Shown: one piece after another, positions 29,268 through 42,819 of the stretch
Layout: every line of letters begins with the position of its first letter
Position numbering within the stretch: the first letter of the stretch is position 1
Source: Piromyces finnis finn
Lineage: Eukaryota; Fungi; Neocallimastigomycota
Reading direction: 5' to 3'
Assembly: GCA_002104945.1 (NCBI GenBank)
Contig: MCFH01000009.1
Coordinates: 806,001 to 870,000 of the forward strand
DNA: 64,000 bases
The notes under the pieces: generated by a model
Databases searched by the model: none
Seen by the model: only the letters and a program-made list of their open reading frames with translations
Told to the model about the DNA's origin: nothing
Translations under genes and position numbers: made by a program

Positions 29268-31813
29268 GTCTTTTTTTAATTTATTATAGTAATTATTGAA
29301 TTTCAGTAATTTTATCTATTTTACTTTTATCACTTCTATAAAACAATAATTTCTTTTTCTATAAAACAATTATTAAATAAAAGTCTATAATACAATGAAA
29401 TATTATACAATATATAAATATTAAAAAAAATAATTATATTTAATAAAATTATATATGAATATATATATATATATTTAATGGTTATGAAATCATAATACTA
29501 TATTATAATAATCATTAATTAAATAGTTATAGAAAATAATAAACTTTCAATAATACAAATAAATTTTAGCAAGATATATTTAATAAAAGTATTATAATAA
29601 ATTTAAAATAAAAGAATATAAATATTACTGAATTGATTAATACTCTTTAATTATATTTATAATTACACTTTTATAACGATATTTAAAGAATATAATTATT
29701 ATTTTAAATTTATAAAAAATTATATTGATTTAATCAAAAAAAATATCAAGATATATATGCCGAAAAAAATGAAAATATTAATTATAAATAGTGTTAGTAT
29801 TTTATTTTATTAATGCTATTGCCTATTATCGTTGTTATCTTAATTTTTAGTTGATATTATTATAATACATTTTAAAAGTCAGTTTATTAAAATACTGAAA
29901 TCAATAAAATAATATTATTTTCCTGTTGTACTGTTTTTAGAAATATTTTTGATATTAATAGTTTGAATTAAAATGCAAAAAGTGTGTAGAAAAAAAGAAG
30001 TTCTTGAAAAAGAAAAAAAGAAGAAAAATTGTGAAAGAATAAAGATTATTTCTTTAGAATACATACATAATGATTTTCTATTTTCGAAGCAATAATTAAT
30101 AGACCCAAATAATATGTATATGATTTATTATTTATATATTTTTTTTATAATTTTGGTAAATATTATTAAACCGTTTTTTTATAAATGAGGGTATTATGTA
30201 TAATTTAATAAGTTCAGATTTTAACCCATATATATATCATTTTCATCCTATTTTGTTATATTTTATCTAGAAAAAATGATAGTAAACTAGAAAGTTTTTT
30301 TTTTTTTAATTATAAAAAGCTTTTTAATATTATTATTATAATTGATTTATTAATTTATTTATTCATTTATTCATTTATAAATTGATTATCAAGCAATATG
30401 CCGATACTATTAAAAAACTCAAGAATAATTCATTTTTTTTTTTTATTTTCAAATTAAAATAAAAATGTATTTTAATTAGTGTAATTAAATATTTAGAGTT
30501 TCTTTTATTATTAATTATAATATATAAAAGTGATTTCATATACCTCAAACTTAAAAAGATTTATTATTAAACTTTATTAGTTATTAAAAAATTGTATTTT
30601 CTTTTATTATTCAATTTCTTCTATATGCATTAATTTTGTTTAGTATAATATATTTTATAAAAAAATACAAAGATAATTAAGAATTGGTATTTAAAAAATA
30701 TATATAACCTCTTATTTTATTTGGTATTTAATAATTATTCAAAAGTTAATAATAAAAGATTATGCATTGGTTAGTTTCTTATTTAGATTATAATTTATAA
30801 TTAAATTATATTAATTTTACTTTTAAATCTAACTCTATAAATATATTTTATACCTATAGAAAACAAATTTTAAAGTTTTGAAAAAAAAATATATATATAT
30901 AATTTATTATTATTTATTATTATGAAGAATATATCTAAAATTATTAAATAACCATAATTCCTAATGCTTTAAATGGGATTATTTTTAAAAATACGCAATC
31001 AGAATAAAAGAATAATTTTAATTGTATTATCATTGTTTAAATCTTATATGTATTAATATTCTAAATTTAAACTTTAATTATAAAAGTATTATGCCTTTAT
31101 AAAGAATCTTAACACTTTTTGGTATAATTAAATTAATTTTTTAAAAATTATTAAATATTTGGTTTTAATTTTCGTTTTTACATATAAAGTTAGTTCAAGC
31201 AAATAATATTTTTTTTACTATATCTTTAGCAGAATAATTTTATTCTAGTTATACTAAAATATTAATCCTTTAATATTTTTATAATAATATAATAAAAATA
31301 TAATATTTAATGAATATTATATTAATACATAGTATAAATAAAAAAAAATGTTATTATTATTTAAACCTTTTATTTCATTAAATTATCATTTTTCTTTTTT
31401 TTTTATACCATTTTTCTATGTTCTGTATTTTAAAAAGTAAACTATTAAAGTTTTTTAACATATTAAATTCATTTCTATTAATTTTACATTAGCATTTATA
31501 CTAACATTAATGATTATAATATAAAACAAAACATCTTTACTATTATAATTATATATTAAAAAAGCTGAATAATTAAAATAAGAATATAAAATATTAATAA
31601 TTCTTAGTATTAGTTGAAACTTTAATTTTTTAAAATTTAATGTATATTAGATATTTTTTAAAATTTAATGTATATTAGATATTGTTATGAATAATAATCA
31701 TTGTATTTATTATTATGTTTACTATGTTTATTATGTCTATTATTATTATTATGTTTATTATTATTATAATTATTCAAATTTATATAAATTTATTGACATC
31801 CTTTTAGTATAAA

Positions 31814-31847
<34 letters not shown>

Positions 31848-33148
31848 CATAATAAAATACAATTAAATTAAATATACTTTTACATATCGAATTTTTTAAT
31901 TATAATAAAACTAATTATTTTAAATGGAATAATTAATAAAATATTTTATGGATAGACACTTCACATTTTAAATAACGATCTCCAAATAATTATAGAAAGC
32001 ATTAAAACTTTAAAATATATTTGTTTTTTTTTTCTTTCTTTATTCCCACTTGATATGAAATAAGTATATTAACATAATATTAATTCTTGTTTAAGCCTAT
32101 TATTACAACATTACAAATAAAAAAAAAATAAGGAATAAAATGACTTCATCTATACAGCTATAATTTTCATATGACTAAAAACTATTTTTTTTCTTTTTAA
32201 AGAAAACTATGTTTTGTAATAGATTAATTTTAAATATTAAAAAAAACTAAATAATAATGATGATGATGTTAATTATAAAATTTGTAGTATTACGATTAAT
32301 TAATTAATTATTATTATTATTATTAATTATTATTATTAAAAATTAAAAATGTAAATGATAAGTATTATTTAATATAAGTAATCATTTGTTTCTATAATCT
32401 TTTATTTCATCAAATTATCATTTTGCTATAATCTATTCTTTTTTTTTTACACCGTTCTATTCATATCATATGTCGATTTTTATACTAAAACTATTAAAAA
32501 AAAAATAATTTTTTAGTAAATATTTAATATTCGACATTTTATTATTCTATATATATGCAGCAAATAAAATTGATATTTAATATATGATTATATTAAAATT
32601 TAATTAAAATTGTTATGAATTTGATGAAAATTTTAATATATAATAAAATTAATATTATATTAAAATAGTTTAAAAAAAATAATGCTTTATATTTTAATTA
32701 TAATTTTTTGAGTAACCTTGAAATAAAAAAAATAATCATTATTTTATTTTTCTTTTTCTTTTTTTAAAGTGAACATTTCAATTTAAACAGAGCAAAACAA
32801 CAAGATTTAAATACTGGAATCATAATATTCATTAAATATAGATAATTCTATATATATTACTGTTATATATATATGGAATAGTCTATATTTATTTTATAAA
32901 CGATTACAATTACTATGAACTATCAATTATTACACTCAAAAACGAACTATAGACAATATCCTATGTATGTAAAATATTTCTCTATCTCTCTTCAAATATA
33001 TAATATATATAATCTATCATTGATATTCAAATATAATATTACTTTTATATTTACTAAAGTATACTTTTAAATGGTTTTTATAATTTTATTTTTATGATAG
33101 TATCTATAAAATCATATTTTTACTTCTATTTCTAATATTAAGTAGGAT

Positions 33149-35391
33149 TTGCTTTTCATATTTAATTCAATAAAAATGGAAAATAATGAAATTATAAAAT
33201 ATCAATTACCAAACGAGATTATAAAACATATTACAAAAAAGAAAGATATTTATAATATAATATTAGTATGTAAAGCATGGTATCAATATGGTATAAAAGT
33301 TTTATATAAAGATTTTAGTTACGAGTATACCTTACTAAAAGTTCCAACCGCTTCTCAATTAGAATGGGTTAAGCATTATCATACATGGATTGATGCTGCT
33401 GAAGAAAAACGTAATTTCCAATTGTATACATTAATACAAGGAATGAAACGTTTAGAGTCAATTCACATCGACATTTTTGGCCATATAAAATATTTCAAAA
33501 AGTATAGAAATTTTTTATACAAGTTTGCCGAATTAAAAAAAGACCAAATAAAAAAGTTGCATATTTCATTAGATATTCTTGACGATAAGATTTCAAATAA
33601 TTCATTAATAAAGTTTAAAGATATTTTTACTCAGTTTATAAAAATATTTAAAACTTTAGATATTTTAATATTAGAAACAGGTGAAGAAAATCCATTTGTA
33701 GATATACAACGTTTAATGATTGAATGTCTAACCAATGTTTATGATAATCGTTCAGCAGAATCAAGTCTATCCCTATCCAATAATGTAATTAATGAAAATG
33801 AAAATGATGATGCTGAAATGGATTCGGATAATGAAAGTGAAGAAGAAAATTCAGATGATGATAATGGTAAGACTATAATATAAATTATATATTTATTATT
33901 TTAAATCATCATTATTGTTATATATAATACCTTGTTTTCCGTTGAAATAGAATAATAAAAAATTAACGGTTTATATATAAATATATATATATATTCTCAT
34001 TGAAAAAAATAAATTTTAAATTAAAAATTATATATTCTTAATTATTCTAAATTTAAAATAGGAACTATAATAAGTGATACAGATTTATCTGTAGATGAAA
34101 ATAGTAACAATCGTCATATGTTAGATAAATTAATTATATATGATAATAATAGTGTTAATATTGAAGAAAGTTTATCAGATATTATATCAAAAGTTCCCCT
34201 AAGAAAATTAACAATTCGTTCCTATATATCAAAACAACATCATGAGCCAACTTCATCTGTTTCTAGATGTGCAGAACCTTTCTGGAGAATTAATAGATAC
34301 AAAAAGGAAATAGTATCAAAATATCCAGAATATTTTACATCACTTGCTTCAGAAAATCAAAAAAGTATTCTTAATGGCAATCAATTTACAGATTATGAAA
34401 GTTTCTGTAATAGAAGTAATAACAGAATTTGGAGAAAACTTTATTATGTTTACTATGAAAATTTAAAGAAAAGAATAGAACATGAAAATGGAAGTAATAG
34501 TAGTGATAGTAAAGACTCGCTTTTACTCCATTCCTCATTATCTAGCACATCTTCCTCTTCTTCTATTATAAATAAAAGTAATTCTTCAACCTTAGATACT
34601 AGTTGTAGTTCAAATAATTCATTTTCTGAAAAAGCTACAGATCATAAGCATTCTTTCAACTTGACAAATAATAGTATAATAAATACCTCAAAAACAACTA
34701 CAAATACCACTTCTAAATTGGATCAAGATAATAATCAATATAATTATCACATGAAATCATTATGTCTAGAAAATTGTCAATCTATTTCAGTAAAATTATT
34801 TACAATTATTGTTTCAAAATTAAGTCATCTTTCTACCATCAAGTTAGATAATATTTCATATCTTCCAGAATTTTGTGTAATGAAATTACTTATTGGCTCT
34901 GGTAAAAACTTACTTCATTTAGAATTAAATATGGCAAGTCATGTAAGTATTTATGAAAAAAATTGTGTATAATTTCAATAAAAAATAAATTTGTTATATT
35001 ACATCATAAACATAATATTTTATTTAAGAGGAGAAAAAAAAAAGTATTAATAATAATATATTAATATATTAAATAGCAATTAACAACAGATATTATTGTA
35101 TGTATTGCAACTGAGAATGTAAATTTGAATACCCTTTGTTTAAAGAGTTATGATGATAAATTAAAAATTGATGTGGAAATTATTAATTGGATGTTAACGC
35201 TATGTGATCATCTCTATCTCTTTAGTATTGAAAATGCAAATGATAATGTTCATGAATTTTATCAAAAAAACTACAACTATCAAGATTCATCATATCACTG
35301 TTATAAGAAAACTATTTTAAATAAAACAGTAATAAGTAGAATTCAAAAAGATACACTATTCAATTTTGAAAAACTAATGAATAATATGTAA
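33149..35391 (+). CDS. F-box protein with LRR-like C-terminal region, multi-exon; true start probably the second Met (MENNE, 33176)
   Basis: YQLPNEIIKHITKKKDIYNIILVCKAWYQYGIKVLY is an F-box-like motif. Later LRR-like segments include MKSLCLENCQSIS and LSTIKLDNISYL. Confidence 0.7.
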
Positions 35392-36658
35392 AGATAAAAA
35401 AAAAATAGATAATAACAAATTTTTTATTAAGAATTTTATAATTTAATGATTCAGACTTATTTAAACCATGATTCAATAATTTATTAAAATTAGAAAATAT
35501 AAAAAAAAAAAAAGGTTTTCAAAGATAACATTTTTACTATCGATTTTCATAAATTATTCATTTTAATTAACGTAATATAATTCAAAAAAAAAAAAAAAAA
35601 TTCACTTTTTCAATTTTGAAAAAATATGTAAAGGAAAGATAATTTAACAACAAATATTTTATTTGAAAATATATTAATTTATTAATCTATTAAAAATTAA
35701 GAGTAAAAAAAAAAAAAAACAGCTTTCAAAGATTAACACCTTACTACTTCAATTAGCATAATATATAGCTTTACTCTTAATCCTAATAAAAATTGATAAA
35801 AAATTGATATAAAAAAATTTTATTTTTTCAATATCACAATTTACAATAAAAAAAAAATAATTAAGAAAATTTATATATATTTTTTCTTATTCTTAAACAT
35901 TTTATATACTATATAATAATCAAATTTTTGTGTTTATTTAAATTTAATATTTTAAATCAATTGAGACTATGGGATCGTTTAGAATTACTTAGTTTTCTTA
36001 TGTTTTTTTATTTTTATTATGTAGTATTTATTGGAATTTAAATAGTTATTGGAATTAAAATAATTAGTATATATTTATCATAAAATATAAATATTTCATT
36101 TACTTTCAAAATAGTTAATTGTGGTAAAAATATATATATATATATATTTAATAATACAAGGAGAGGTGAGAGATTGCTTCTTGAAGAATTTCCTATATTA
36201 TTCTTTGAATTCTTTATATTTATTTACAAAATATAATTTATTTGATTTTGGTACATTTTTAAAATATAAACTTTTTTTTTTTAAGAAAAAAAATTTTGTC
36301 TTTTAATTTCCAAATCAAGGGACTATTTAGCTTTAATATTATACTTTTTTATTATTTATTTATTCATTATTTTAATTTTATTAGCATTTTTTTTTTTTTT
36401 TTTTTTTTTTTGGTTTTATTTTTTGTTTTTATTTTTTATTTTTTTTTATGTATTATTAATAATTAAATAATTATTGAGTTTATTCTAATGTATTATAATT
36501 CATTTAATTACAAATTAAATCTATCCTATCATTGTCTATGTTTGAATTATTGCTTTAAAGGGAAAAAAAAAATGGATTTATCGTTTTAATTAAATTAAAA
36601 ATATATATTATATATATAAATAAAACAAAAAGATAATAACTATGATATTTTAATTCAT

Positions 36659-37999
36659 TTATAAGAAACCGGCTAAAGCACAAGCTAACACTATTGAAGC
36701 ATAAAAAGTAAGTCTATCAGTTTTACGAATAAAGTTTTTATTAAAACCTTTAGTAGATTCCCAAATCTATATGTATATTAAAAAACATATTAATCAATAA
36801 TGTATATTAGTATTAATATATATATTATAACTTAAAATAATCTAATTTAATAATAGTATTGTGATAATAGTTAAATTTTCTTAAAACTTTACCAATTTCT
36901 TCAATAAAGTTAAGGTATAATATGATAAAGGTGTTCCTATAACAATTTTCCCAATTAATGAAGTTGTTGGTGATAATGTACTAAGGAATTGTAAAACAGA
37001 TGACCATTGATAATTTAAAAATGGATATGTTAACGAAATAACAGTGAATCCTTTTTTTATTTTTTGGTGTAAAAATTTATATTTATTGTTGTTATTATTA
37101 AATATATAATAAAAATATAATATACAATAAAAATTTATATTTATCATTAATACAAAATAAATTTATTTATATAAAAAATAAAAAATTATTGATGTTATTG
37201 TTAAATACCTGTACATAATGCAACTCCAATAGTACGATGGATAAGAGAATATATATGTTGCTTTGAAGACATGGTGGATTTTGGTGCTATAGGACGTCCT
37301 AGTTTTTTAGCTTCTTCATATGGATCTCTCCAAACCTTTCTCTTTTCTAAATCAATACGCATTTGTTCTACTCTTGGATCGGTAAATTTAAAGGTTTCTT
37401 TTGGCTTTTTATGAAAAATACCTTCTTTTTTAACCTTTTGTGTATCTTGAGTTTGTTTTTTATTATCATCGATTTTTGTTGCATAATTTCTTTTTTAATT
37501 GAAAAAAAAAAAAAAAAAAAGATGATGCATAATTAATTATTTTATTAAATGATATGAAATGTTTAAAAAAAAAAAAAGTTTCGAAATATATATATTGCTG
37601 TGGTGCTTAACCATAAATGATATTTTTTAATTCTACCTTAATGGTTGGTTTAATATATATTTTGAATTCAATGAAGTATTTAAAACGACAAATTTTGAAT
37701 TAATGTTATTGCTATTTAATATACATGACAATGAATTAACAGGTTTAACAGCTTTAATATATCAATTAATAAATAAATGAATTTTATAATTATTTTTCAA
37801 AAATATATCATATATTATAGATATATAAAGGTGAACATATAAATAAAAATATATAAAAATAAATTTATTATTATGAACTGTATTTTAATTATATTATAAA
37901 AATATAAATTAAATGAAATAATTATATTTGAATCAAACCAAATCTTCTATTACCTTTAACTGTTTTTGAAATAACTCGACTTTGAATAGATAATAACAT
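36659..37999 (-). CDS. SDH3: Succinate dehydrogenase/fumarate reductase cytochrome b large membrane anchor (SdhC/Sdh3), divergent, with organelle-targeting presequence; 5 exons, 235 aa
   Basis: Exons 37999-37954, 37751-37637, 37489-37209, 37050-36893 and 36766-36659 all use GT-AG and sum to 708 nt in frame. Protein: MLLSIQSRVISKTVKAVKP...QPLRNYA...GRPIAPKSTMSSKQHIYSLIHRTIGVALCTG...IGKIVIGTPLSYYTLTLLKKLIWESTKGF...TFYASIVLACALAGFL*. The RP..P / S..HR..G / W...KG layout and three TM helices are those of SdhC. Confidence 0.8.
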
Positions 38000-38286
38000 G
38001 ATTAATCTTTTTTTTTAAAAAAAAAAATGGCAATGTAAATTTCAAAGTTAATTTTGAAAATTAAATGAATAGAGTATTTACAGTTTTAAAATGGTATTTA
38101 TTTAAAGTTAAGTCTCTTTTCCTGTTTTTTCAAATTTATTATTTAATTCATTATTAAAAGAAAAGAGAAAATATATTCTTTTTTTTTTTTAATTCTATTA
38201 CTTTTAAATTATTTCTCTCTTTTTTTTTTTTTTTTATGTATAATTTAATATTTTTGACAAAAAATAGTTCAAATTACTTGTTTAAT

Positions 38287-38294
38287 TCACGTGA
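38287..38294. promoter_or_regulatory. Palindromic E-box TCACGTGA about 290 bp upstream of the SDH3 start
   Basis: Exact TCACGTGA in a background almost free of CG dinucleotides. It is a bHLH-type site by established knowledge; function here is untested. Confidence 0.3.
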
Positions 38295-38800
38295 CTAGAT
38301 TTAACTATCTTTTTTACAATTTTTTTATACAATTACTTTTTATTGAATATTCTTAAAAAAGTACCTCTATAGCTCACTTCTTATTTAAAAATGCTATAAT
38401 GCTACCCTTTTTACCTTTTTTTTTATTTCATTATTTTTTTTTTTTATTTACCTTCTTTATTTTTCATTTGAATATTTAAAAAAAATAACAAACATTTCTT
38501 TTATTTGTAAATAAATACATTTAGGAACAAATTTAAAAAATATAGATATTAAAAAAAAAAAAAAGAAAGAGATAAATAGTTTTTTTTTAGAAAAAAAAAT
38601 ATAAATGATGATATAAAAAAAGTGATTAAATAATAAATAAATTTATTTTTCTTTCTTTTTCTACTTCGTTAATAATTTTTTATAATTATATAAATAAATG
38701 AAAAATAATTGAAAAAAAAAAAGAACCAAAATAAATTTTATTTATAAATTTACTTAAATTTCTGTTATCAAAACAGATCCCTTGATTTATTTTACTTTAC

Positions 38801-39734
38801 TTAAAATAAGAAAATAGCAAGAATTGCTGAAGCTATAACTAAGGCTCTACTAACCCAGTGCTTGGCAATACTGTTAGCACCATTAATAAAACGGTAATCA
38901 CCTAAACCTTCACAATTTTGGGATTGTGATGAAAAAACTACTTCACCATTAATATCGGTTTCAATATTAAATATAAGATCATAACGTTTGCTTGGGTAAG
39001 TTGGAGCAATTTGATATTTCATACCTAAGTTAATCAAGAAATTCTTAATATCTTCATGATTCCATGAAATTAATACTGGGAAATCACTTTCTTCTAATCC
39101 ACTGATATCTTGACATAATTCATCAATTTCAAATGAAGTAAATCTATTGTCAATAGTAAGAGATAATTTTCTAGCGAGTGGAGCAACAGTTTCAATTTGA
39201 CGACGTGAATCTGGAATTGTTTCATCATTTTTCTTTGAAGCTTTTTGAGCATAAATTTTTTTTGGAGTTAAAGTGGTATTAGTTGTAAATAAATCTCTAA
39301 TACATTCAGCTCTACGCCATCCCATTGCAGATAAATCCTATATATAATAAATTTTGAATTATGAAAAATATTTTAATATTTTATCATATTTAAATTATAT
39401 TTATATTCAAGAAATAATTACAAAAAAAAAAAAAAAGTATTATTTCAATGTATTTTAACTCATCATATACTTGAAATAATTTTAAAAAAAATAAAGCATT
39501 GATTTATTATATAGTAAATTAAAAAATTAAAATATTCCAATTTCATTTTCTTATTTAAAAAGAAATATAACATTAATTTATATATTAAAAACTTACATTT
39601 CCTGAAGCTGGCTTTTCAGCATGACGGATTAACATAACTTTTCCCTTTGGAGAAATTTTTGTCTTTAATAAAGCATTTGCTGAATTAAAGCAAATGAAGC
39701 ATATAACAAATAAATATAAAATTTTATTGTTCAT
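38801..39734 (-). CDS. Secreted, probably GPI/TM-anchored histidine phosphatase (phosphoglycerate-mutase-like superfamily), 2 exons
   Basis: Exon 1 (ATG 39734) reads MNNKILYLFVICFICFNSANA (signal peptide)...VMLIRHAEKPASGN, then a GTAAGT intron. Exon 2 reads DLSAMGWRRAECI...RRQIETVAPLA...LISWNHEDI... and ends in a hydrophobic tail, ALVIASAILAIFLF. Confidence 0.85.
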
Positions 39735-41708
39735 TTTGAATATTATATGATATGTAATAATTATGAATATGTAAATGTATTTTTTTTAGATATAGATATA
39801 TTCTTTTTGTTTGTTTCTTTGTTTTTTCTGTATTATTTTATTTATTTTAATTTGGATATTTATTTATTGAAATGTTATGTTTTTATCGATGTATCAATGT
39901 AAATACCTAGATTTTTATTAATAAAAATGATATTTAGTATGTTTGTAAAATATATTTAATGTGTTTTTGCTTTTCAATATTAATAATATAAAATTTATAC
40001 ATATATATTTTCATTTTCTTTTAATTAAAAATGATTTTAAAATATTTAGTTTATTTTTATCTTTTAGATTATTTTATATTTTAAAAATAGGATTTCTATG
40101 AAAATAAGTCTATTGTTTAAGACATTTTATATTTTAAAATAAGGATTTTAACATGTTATTTTTTGCTTTAATATTTTACTCTTCTTTTTTCTTTTAAGGT
40201 GGTTTAAATCAATTTTTTAAAAAAAAAATAATTTATATTCATTTTTAATTCTTATAATTATAATAATATTATAATTCACACTGTTTTTTTTTTTTTTTAA
40301 TAAAGTTTTTATTTATAATATTGATTTATAATATTAATACTCGAAATATATAATTGACTTTCAAAACTATAATGTATTTCTTGTGCTTCTTGTATATCCC
40401 ATATTGATTGATTATTTTCATTATATTTATATATATTTTTATAGACGATTAATTAAATTCGTATTATTAACCTTTATATTATTTAGTTATTTTTATTTTC
40501 TTTTTTTTTTTTTTTTTAATATATGTTTGTTATTTTGACCAAAGATAAAATATCCTTTTATATTTTTTCTTTTTTCCTTTTATTTTTGTTTTTATATTTA
40601 AAAGAAAAAAAAATAAAAGCAACTAAAAAAAAAGGTAAATATATTTATAAAAATTTTATTATATATTAAAATTTGTAAATAAATTTCAAAGTATAATATT
40701 AATATGCAAATGTTGATAATTAAATAAATTATATTAATTTTTAATTTGTATGTCTTTAGTGTTTTATAATAGGATGATGGTTACTATTACCTACTACCTT
40801 ACTACTACTTATTGCATACGATTATTACTATTATTATTTACTACTACTTACAATGATGATTATTCAATTTTTAATATTATTTTTCTTGTTTTTCAATAAT
40901 GAAATTAAATAGGCCTCCCTACTTTGATAAAGTTTATAATTATTTAAATAAATTGATATATTCAAAAATGATAATAATTATTAATCATTTAAAAATTTTA
41001 TTCTTATTATTCTTATTATTATTATTATTATTATTATTAATATTAATTATTTTGATTTTCTTACCTTTTTGATTATTCGTCTTACATAAAAATATATAGT
41101 AATATATGGTACAATATATTTAATAATGAGTTTAATTATTATTTTCAATAGATAATAATATATATTGACTATAATTTTTTTAAATTAATGGATTCAAAGT
41201 TTAATACAATATGATTATCATTTACTATAAATATTACACCAATATAATAATACAAAATAAAAACTACTGTAATATATTAAATAATTTTATTATTCCAATA
41301 ATTTAATTGAGTTATATATAATTATTGATATATTAAAATATATTAAAATAATATCCTATTATATGCTTCATATATGAATAACTTGGATTTTTAATTTATT
41401 TCATTTTAATCATGTTTATTATTTATTTAACTATTAAATTTTAACAAATAAAAAAAAAATGATTTTTCTGATTCATCCTTTATTAAGAATTATTCATATT
41501 TTAATATATTATTAATATACTATAGCATATATAATTATAATTAAAAATGACATTTTAGCATATAAAAAGTCTATTTATAATTTAAATTAAATTAAATTCC
41601 TTTTTAGTATATGAATTATAAAAAAATTTCTTTGGTCAATTTTGGGAAGAAAAAAAAATTATTAGAAATAAATATAATTTAATAATAATATGATATATAC
41701 AATTTTAT

Positions 41709-41910
41709 CTATTATATAATATTTATATAATACTATATAATACTATTATAATACTATATAATACTACTATTATATAATATTTATATAATACTATATAATA
41801 CTATTATAATACTATTATAATACTATATAATACTACTATTATATAATATTTATATAATACTATATAATACTATTATAATACTATATAATACTACAATGCT
41901 ATAATGCTAT
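41709..41910. repeat. AT-rich minisatellite: about three copies of a ~58-bp unit built from 10-11-bp TATAATACTA(T) subunits
   Basis: ATATTTATATAATACTATATAATACTATTATAATAC recurs near 41719, 41777 and 41846. Confidence 0.85.
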
Positions 41911-41929
41911 TATAATATATTGTAATCCT

Positions 41930-42135
41930 TTTGAATCACAATGATAATAAACAGCGGAATTTTTGGGATTAAAAATTACCTATATTCCTATAATTTTTGT
42001 TACAGACCGTTAAACACCTTTTTTATATGGACTACCAAAAAAAATAATCTATATGAAAAAAAATAGTATTTCAATAATGATCTTGTTGTCCATCCCTTTG
42101 ATGAAATACTTTCGTTTTATAGAAGAGGTATAATA
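41930..42135. mobile_element. Possible highly decayed Tc1/mariner-pogo (DDE) transposase relic
   Basis: Plus strand gives TAEFLGLKITYIP followed, after a frameshift, by RPLNTFF, resembling pogo ..LGI.....P.....LQPLD..F. The minus strand has SKGWTT. Both matches are short and they are on opposite strands. Confidence 0.25.
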
Positions 42136-42819
42136 CTTTTTTTTTTTGGATTTAATCATCTAAAAAATTAATTAAAGCCACATTACACGTGTTATTTTAT
42201 TATTTTATAACAAAATATTTAATATATAATTATTTTTAATTCATTAATACATTTTTAATAGATTTATGTTAATAATACAAAGATGTACAGCTTATAGTTT
42301 AAAAATGTTGACAAAGTTAATAATTAAAATTCATCATCATGATTTATTTAATTAAAATAGTTACAATAAATATTCCTTCTAATTAAATCGGATATCTATT
42401 GTAAAGAAGAGTATGAAATAGATGAAAAAAAAAAAAAAAACAAGATAATAATGAAATATATAATTATTATTTTTATAATATAAATATGAAAGTTTCTACA
42501 ATTTATCATTCTTTTGTTATACCTTTTAAATTTTAATTATTTTATTTTTTAAAATTATTAATATTAAAATTTTAAATTTTAAAAAAAAATTTTAATTAAA
42601 AAAATGGTGAAAATAGATTTAACAATCTTTTAAAAATAATACTACAAATTATATACATTATTATTTTGTGAGAGGCATATTTTTGTAGTATAAATTATAT
42701 ACAATGTCAAAAATTATGTATGTATACGTAATGTATTTCATATTTATATTATTATTTAATAATGATGATTATTTTAATATATTATTATAATCAACGATTA
42801 GCTTAGTGTTATTTATTTT

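Noticed and set aside
41709-41910. CRISPR-like array
   Set aside because: There are no unique spacers, the units are low-complexity, the context is eukaryotic, and there are no cas genes.
41982-41990. snR30/U17 m1 motif ATATTCCTA
   Set aside because: No matching m2 (AAACCAT), hairpin or ACA box at the proper spacing. An AT-rich 9-mer is expected by chance.
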